A DNA stretch of 58,233 nucleotides, counting the filler, from Dugesia japonica (taxonomy: Eukaryota): NCBI GenBank assembly GCA_001938525.1. It is 4 parts of 4 records of this genome, joined end to end, with 100 filler letters (N's around TTAATTAATTAA, not from the genome) between each part and the next. Parts side by side here need not be neighbours in the genome. Positions count along the whole stretch, not along the records: positions 48,019 to 58,233 come from MQRL01504011.1; 3 more parts are not named here. One strand, given 5' to 3'. The translations under genes and the position numbers were made by a program. Positions 52,525 to 58,233 of the stretch are shown here, one piece after another; position 1 is the stretch's first letter, and the number at the start of each line of letters is the position of its first letter. The notes beneath the pieces are model-generated. The model saw nothing but the letters and a program-made list of their open reading frames with translations, had not been told where the DNA came from and searched no databases.

Positions 52525-54100
52525 TAAAATTCTTTAATTCTTGTGCGGATGGTTCTGTATGCTTCTCCTATATATGTATCCTTACAAAAAGTACATGTTA
52601 TTTTGTAAGTGATATTTTTCTTATTGGATATATTTCTACCATCACAAATACATTTGAGATCACAAAATTTCTGTCTTGGTTTCTGTAATTGGATACCCAT
52701 AGATGCTTGCGTTTTAAAAATAATTCATGGATTGTGTTTGAGTTTTTATTTTTTTATTATATTTGGGATGACTTGGCTACATTTCTCATTAATAAAAGGT
52801 AATTTAGTTACTGTGTTTGTCTTTTGTTTGTTTTTATTAAATTTTGTATTCGAGGATAAATATTTAGATACAATTTTATTTGGATAAACATTATTTATAA
52901 ATTTATTTTTTATCAACCTGAGGGAAGTCAATCTCATTTCTTCATTTGAAGATAGTCTTTCAGCTCTTATTCTTTCACCCTTGATTATTCTAATTTTCTA
53001 TCTGATGGTATTATTACTACTCCAGGGTAATATGTGTTCACTGTGAAATGGTTTCATTTGTAACTAGATAGTTAATAATTAATCAGGTTTCTTTTGAATT
53101 GAAGTGTCCAGAAAAGAAAGTCAATTGACTCCTCTATAGTAAATTTTTTATTAGTATTAATACTATTGGCTAATGTGCTGAAATAAAATTTAATAATGAT
53201 CTCAAATAATTTGCCAAAAGTTTGCATAATGAAGTAGATGGAGTATCAGAAGCATTGATAATAGGTCTTCATTTCATTGTTGTTTTATGATCTTTAGGAA
53301 CACAGTGCAAATATGATGGAACTGGTTCATGACATTTAACTGCTAAAAATAAAGATTTTATTAGGTCTTCATATTTCTCTGCAATTTTAATCAATTCTTT
53401 ATTAAATTTATTCTCTTCAGTAATTGGTAGTCTTTTATGAGTGATAGTCTCATAATTATTCAGATGTCCAGAAAAGAAATCCTTGTATATCGGTTTAGGC
53501 AAAGCTAACAATTAATTTTTTTTGTCCGTTGGAGTGATGACAATTGATTTTAAATTCTTCATTTCTTTGATAATTTTGTTCTCATTACTTTTAGATTTGA
53601 TATTCTTGTTATATTTGTAAGTTTCTAAAAGTTTATTTTTGATTTTTTCTATATTGTTATCAATTTCTGTAATTGTACGTTTTTATTTCCCGACTGAATG
53701 ATTGTTTATACTTCTACTTTGATGAAAAAAATTGAGGAATTATCAAATATTTCATATGTTGTGTTTTCTAGTCTGTGCAATTGGCATTTGAGACTGTAAA
53801 TGGAAGCTTCAATCATTGCAATATTGAATAAGTCAGAGGCTCCTAAATTTGTAGGAATATAACTTGATCCTTTTATTTTATAATTCTATTTGTCTGTTAG
53901 TAAATGTATATTCCGTTAAATTTTGGAAAGGAAGAACAGTTGTATTGCTTATAACATCTTAGTGTAAATTTATTTTCATTTTGATTTTTTCTTCTGTTTT
54001 AGTTTTCTCGGAAAGTAGAGTTCTCAATTTCTTTTGTTTGCTGAGATCATTGATGTTTTTAAATTTTCTATATATTTCAAATAAGCATATTAAATGATTG
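52525..54100 (-). mobile_element. Penelope-like element, internally deleted (RT N-terminus plus endonuclease)
   Basis: TPTDK, PSYLHCVPKDHK...RPIINASDTP, and the GIY-YIG motif YIGEAYRT near 52540-52580. Confidence 0.85.
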
Positions 54101-54868
54101 TGTGTATAGAATAAATGTAGTATAATTAGTGAACAGATTTAAGTATTTTCAATAATCTAACCTATAATTCCAGTGGTAAAACTCATATTTTCGATGATAA
54201 GTGTATTATTTTCCAAAAGGTTCGAGCTCAAACCCAGTGATATTTTTTGGACTTTCCGGTTTGATAAAAAAAATTGAAAAAAACTAATATCGAAAATTTA
54301 TATAAACATTTTTTAAAAAAAATAATATTTCAAAAATACAAAGTGAGAAGACGATTGTCTTCACCAAATCTATATTCTGATCATTTAAAGGATTTAAAAA
54401 TTTCTTCATAGGTTTCATAACTTTTACATTAGACTCTGACTCATCTTTGTCTATTTCAAATGTGATAAATACTAATTAAATGTCTACGAAATGTTGTTGT
54501 ATTTCATTGTATTAATGTAAAATGTCAAGAGTATGTATTGCAGAATTTCTTTTGTCGTCTTTTGGAAAATAATTCAAAACTAGTGATCTCTTATTACTCA
54601 ACATGGTTTCTGTTTAAGAGTAAATTACAATTATAAATATTATAATATCATAAAGATAATCGTAAACATCTACTTACAACTTTATCAAAATGAGTTGCAG
54701 AAAATTGTAAAACTTTAAATCAAAAAAACAATATTTAATTGATAAAATTAAGGATAATGTAGCTTTTTGTTTTAAAAATCTGATAATAAATTTAATCATC
54801 AATTTACATAAAAACGTCGCACTAGATTTTATTTATTTATTTATAAAAAATGAAAATATTTTAAATGT

Positions 54869-55009
54869 TAGGATTTGATAAATTGGACGCAAAAATCTCT
54901 AAATTTAAGCCCAAAGCCCAAAAAAGCTTTGATCTCTGGTATTGGGTACTCTAAAAACCTAAAAATTCCTCGGGCTTCGGGCTCGGGCTCAAGCTTGTTC
55001 CAAATCCTA
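54869..55009. mobile_element. Possible hAT-type MITE
   Basis: Ends TAGGATTTG...CAAATCCTA with AGCCC/GGGCT subterminal repeats; no TSD seen. Confidence 0.4.
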
Positions 55010-55499
55010 AATATAATAATGTATAAGCTTTAGTCAAAAGATTAATTTTACGAACAATGTAACTGATAATTAGGTATCTTACAATCTAAAGAAAAAAAGA
55101 ACTCAAGGAAACCAAGGTAGGGAAACATAAGAGCAAGCAAAGATGAAGGCAATAGTGAAGAATTTTATGGAAAAGAATACATTTATTTCACAAGATAAAA
55201 CTATTATTTTCACGTTAATTAATTGGGAAGTGTAGAACTGACCGTAAAATGGAAAAATAAATAGAGAGTTATTAAAATTAAAATAAATAAAAACATACGA
55301 ACACAATTTATTGGTGAGATAGATGCAATGAAAAGTTTCGAAATAAAATTGACAGAAGTTAATAACATTAAAACTGAAAGTTTGGGAAGAAACCACTCAA
55401 AGGATGATAGAAAAAATTATACATTGTAAGACTTCAAAGAAAAAAATAATACAGATCTAAATTATTTAATATTGAAGTTTTCTGAAGTATTCATGGCGT

Positions 55500-57770
55500 C
55501 TTAGTCGGATATAAGACATATAAAACAAGTAGTACACGAAATAAAAGTATTTGGAAATCAAATTGTTCAACATCCCCCGAGGCAACCGATGCACTTGAAA
55601 AGGAAGATCAACGAAATGATACAGAATTTAATAAGTATTCGGGTAACTAGCAAATGTATAACCCCGTGGAATTAATCTTAAATAATTGTTTAAAAAAATG
55701 GTTCGATAAGAATGTGTGTCGATTATCGACAACTGTATTTGATCACGGAGAAAGTTTCACTTACAATGCCAGACATCCAGTTTTTATTGGATTGCTTAAC
55801 AGTTGTGAAATTAATTTCTTCAATTGATCTAGAAAAATTTCACTACCATGTAGAATTATCACANAGCTCGAGAGATGTTAAAGCGTTTAGTACAAAAGAG
55901 GGTCAATTTAAGTTCAATCGGATCCCATTTGTGTTAACAACGGCACCGGCTAAATTTCAAAAGTTGATGAATGATATGTTGGCGTGGGTATATTTTAAAG
56001 GTGTTGTCGTATATCTAGATGATATATTAGTGTATGAAAGGACGGTTAAAGATCATACTGAAATTTTAAAAGAAGTTTTTAACAGAATCAGAGAATCAGA
56101 ATTGAGGATAAATCCAGAAAAATGTAAATTTCATCAAAAACAACTAGTCTTTTGAGGACACACAATTAGTGCAGAACGAATAAAATCAAATGAAACTAAA
56201 ATTCAGGAAATAAAAAATGCCGAAGAACCAAAATGTTCATCTAAACTCAGGTCTTTNNNNNNNNNNNNNNNNNNNNNNNNNNNNNNNNNNNNNNNNNNNN
56301 NNNNNNNNNNNNNNNNNNNNNNNNNNNNNNNNNNNNNNNNNNNNNNNNNNNNNNNNNNNNNNNNNNNNNNNNNNNNNNNNNNNNNNNNNNNNNNNNNNNN
56401 NNNNNNNNNNNNNNNNNNNNNNNNNNNNNNNNNNNNNNNNNNNNNNNNNNNNNNNNNNNNNNNNNNNCTATTGGTGCAGTGTTGAGCCAAATAACTGAAG
56501 ATAATGAAGAGGTAGTAATAGCATATGGATCGAAGTACTTCATTGTTCTTGAAAAAGGCTACTGTATTACAAGAAACGAATTTCTGGCGTTACATGATTA
56601 TGTGATATATTTCAAATAATATCTATATTGAAAGAAATTCTTAGCAAGAACAGATTACAAAGCACTGATATTTATAAATAACACAAAANNNNNNNNNNNN
56701 NNNNNNNNNNNNNNNNNNNNNNNNNNCTGGAAGAATATGATTTTGAGTTAAAATATCAAAAATGGGAGAACACAATAATGCTGATGGATTATTGCGGATA
56801 AAAGAGAGTTTATGCTCACCATGCCAAACAGTACATCTGGATGCCAAGAAAGAAAAATCAACAGTAAAATATATTAACATCATACAACAGAATGAAAACA
56901 TCATAGAAAAAATCAGAATGCACAGAAAGATGATCCTATAAATCAAAGAAGAATTGAAATAATGCAAAACGAAATACGACTAGTATTTCAGGTCATCCAG
57001 GGAAATTTTTTGGATAAACTTGGTCGTGAATTGAAACTTTATGATGGATTATTAGTCATAGAAATAGAAAATAAAAATTTATTAATAGTATCAACGAGTA
57101 TAACCAACAAAATGATCAGACATATTCATGAAGAATTATGTCATTTAAGAATAAAGAAAACCTTTTCATATTTAGAGAATAATTATTACCGGCCCTCAAT
57201 GATGGAGACTATTAAATTATTTGAATAAATGTGTGATTTGTGCAAAAAGGAAAATTGATCAAAGAAGAACAAAAGAAGTGATTTTATCTAGAAAGTGTCA
57301 AGGTATTTTTGAAAAAATTTGTGATAAAAACAGTGGCATCAGAAAAAAATATATGGTGGTATAATCGATCGGATTAGCAAACTAGTTAGTATATCAGCAG
57401 TATCAAAGATAGATGAAGAAACCATTTGCGGAATAACTTTGAAAAATTAGATATATCGTTTCGGAGAGCATATTAACCAACAGAGGAAGAGCGTTTGAGA
57501 GTAAATACATGTCAGAAAAGTTAGCAATGTTTAGTATTAAACAAGAGTCCAGCTCTTAGTACCAATGCTAATCATATGAACTGGTAGAAAGAATGATCGT
57601 ACGATAAGAGATATTATTACAACTTCACTTTAAGGAAATTGTAATGAGAAAAACTGGGATGCATTACTTCCAAGAATTTAGTTCAGTATAAACGCTACCG
57701 TTCAGGAATCGACGAAATTGTCACCATTTGAGATTATTTTTTGAAGGCAGATAAATTTGCATGAAAAGAC
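55500..57770 (+). mobile_element. Ty3/Gypsy pol remnant (RT, RNase H, integrase)
   Basis: MCVDYRQL, VVVYLDDILVY, IGAVLSQ...IAYGSK, TDYKAL, HNNADGL, HIHEELCHL, IDRISK, GRAFES, SPFEIIF. Confidence 0.92.
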
Positions 57771-58233
57771 GGAAACTATTTGTTTTGGTGTAATTTTGAT
57801 ATTTATAAATATTGTTATATTTAAATGTAGTCTGATTTTTAAAGTAACTTAACTTTCTATAATAGTTATAAAATTATAATTGATTACATAAAATTTTCCG
57901 ATTTATTATTATATATCTATTAAATTTATATAAATCTTTTAATTTATTTCTACAATATTACATTAAATTTGATTTGTATATAGGATNTGTNTATATTTAC
58001 AATTTCCGTGAAATTTTTATTATTTCATAAACTAAAAATAAAATTAAATTAAATATACAGACTATCATAAAACCAATTTAAAAATAATCAAGATAAAAAA
58101 TGTCTGAAAGATCAAATCAACTGTTCAGGATATCATAAAATAGTTTTAATAAAACTGTCTGAATGGATATCAAGTCTTTAATCAATTAAATGTTTATCCA
58201 CAGGATATTTGTAGCTCTTGGATGTTGATTTGG

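Overview
AT-rich eukaryotic genomic DNA, probably a freshwater planarian (inferred from 18S fragments, very short introns and the repeat set; not confirmed by a search). The window is four separate pieces joined by 100-nt N44-TTAATTAATTAA-N44 linkers: 1-9562, 9663-37029, 37130-47918 and 48019-58233. Three host genes can be read: a complete 4-exon PSMC5/Rpt6, a complete 3-exon LYRM9-like gene missed by the ORF track, and the 5' exons of a PP2A B56 gamma/delta subunit. The rest is mostly decayed mobile DNA: Polinton/Maverick remnants (minor capsid, pPolB, packaging ATPase), hAT, mariner, MITEs, four Penelope fragments, Ty3/Gypsy fragments and dispersed 18S/28S rDNA pseudogenes. The most notable signal is a family of insertions bounded by TGTTGGG...CCAACA with 4-bp target-site duplications: two of about 3.7 kb (23931-27668 and 48404-52126), one of 1.5 kb, and one isolated end. 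They show no recognisable transposase, RT or integrase but carry short orphan mini-genes, one of which appears conserved at protein level between the two 3.7-kb copies. They are probably gene-carrying solo LTRs of giant Ty3/Gypsy elements. One such end lies upstream of a gag-protease-like region with about 13 zinc knuckles.
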